Source: the human T2T-CHM13v2.0 reference genome, Homo sapiens
Strand: one strand, 5' to 3'
Assembly (NCBI RefSeq): GCF_009914755.1
Contig: NC_060935.1
Length of the DNA: 64,000 nt
Shown here: in pieces, positions 63,294 through 64,000 of the stretch
Layout: every line of letters starts with the position of its first letter
How positions within the stretch are numbered: position 1 is the stretch's first letter
The notes under the pieces: generated by a model
Database searches by the model: none
The model's input: only the letters and a program-made list of their open reading frames with translations
What the model was told of the DNA's origin: nothing
Program-made: the position numbers and the translations under genes

Positions 63294-64000
63294 GGTATGT
63301 GCAATGACAAACTTGGTATTTTCCCATGTTGACATTATGTATGTTGTAGAATTTAGTGTTTGTCTAAGTACACACATATATCAACAAATTAAACTTGAAT
63401 CGTTTCAACACTTCTGTGTACTTTTTTCATAAAGGGGAAAAAAGCCCTGTTTACTTCCTAATTTTTTTCTATACCTTTCATTCATTGTTTCCTAGGAGCC
63501 TCAGGTGGGTAAGTAGGTGATAATAGCAAAGAGATCATAACCTCACCAATGACATGTGGGTCAACACTGTCCTTCCTCTGGCCTGTGCCTTTCAAGTTTA
63601 AGGTTCATCAGAACCACACCCAGAGGCTGGAAAAATGGTGAAGTCAGAAGGTACTTAAGTTAGAGCAGTTCTCTTCAGGGTCTGCTGTGCCGCCTGAAGG
63701 GGCTGGTGGTTCCTCAGTATCCCCTGTGGGCCTGGCCTTAGGAAGAGAACAGGGCTGTAGAGATGAAAAAGGTATAAAAGACCCAACCACTTGATGTCTC
63801 AGGGCTTGCTTGGACCCTAACCCATTTAAACAGGACCTCGAGATGCTTAGGAATCTTTTTTGTTGCCGGGCAGCTGTGGCAGATTTGAAGGCAAAAGGAA
63901 GGGAGGCTACAGTTGTAGCTAGAAGCAGACATGAAAGCTAATGGTCTGACCCAGACAAGAGGTTATAACTAAAGGCACCCGGAGACTGCAGAAGGGCCCT
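63210..64000 (-). other. RIC3: Probable distal 3' UTR of the convergent RIC3 gene (no RIC3 coding sequence in window)
   Basis: Recalled locus organisation plus the minus-strand poly(A) signals; not demonstrable from the sequence alone. Confidence 0.45.
63254..63430 (+). terminator. TUB distal poly(A) signals: AATAAA 63254-63259 and ATTAAA 63388-63393
   Basis: Hexamers in a U-rich context; ttggtattct and cttctgtgtactttttt downstream elements. Confidence 0.7.

Larger units (their letters stand above)
58778..63410 (+). other. TUB: TUB long 3' UTR (end approximate)
   Basis: Follows the stop codon, has few interspersed repeats and many miRNA seed matches; ends at AATAAA 63254-63259 or ATTAAA 63388-63393 with a downstream U/GU-rich tract. 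Confidence 0.75.

Overview
Mammalian (human-like, primate Alu-containing) genomic DNA carrying the TUB (tubby) gene on the + strand. Twelve GT-AG coding exons (ATG 38669 to TAG 58777) splice to 1521 nt, or 506 aa ([19 protein letters not shown]...[10 protein letters not shown]). The protein has the N-terminal IFT-A-binding helix, basic NLS-like clusters and a C-terminal tubby domain. The promoter is a CpG island (~37.9-39.1 kb). The ~4.6-kb 3' UTR ends in a bidirectional poly(A)-signal cluster at ~63.2-63.4 kb, probably shared with the convergent RIC3 gene (recalled locus layout, not shown by the sequence). The first ~37 kb is repeat-rich (L1, L2, MIR, Alu, LTR, DNA transposons); from recall it is the large intron of longer TUB isoforms whose first exons lie upstream. 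Nearly all other ORFs in the track are chance, GC-rich or repeat-derived. I see no clearly new biological system. The best leads are: a candidate in-frame phase-2/phase-2 exon or alternative first exon at 19248-19406; an upstream ATG that becomes in-frame with TUB if exon 2 is skipped; an RFX/NF-Y module in intron 1; six miR-218 sites plus micro-duplications that create or double miRNA sites in the 3' UTR; and tightly spaced inverted or nested repeats. Repeat families were assigned by eye from remembered consensus sequences, and boundaries of old repeats are approximate.
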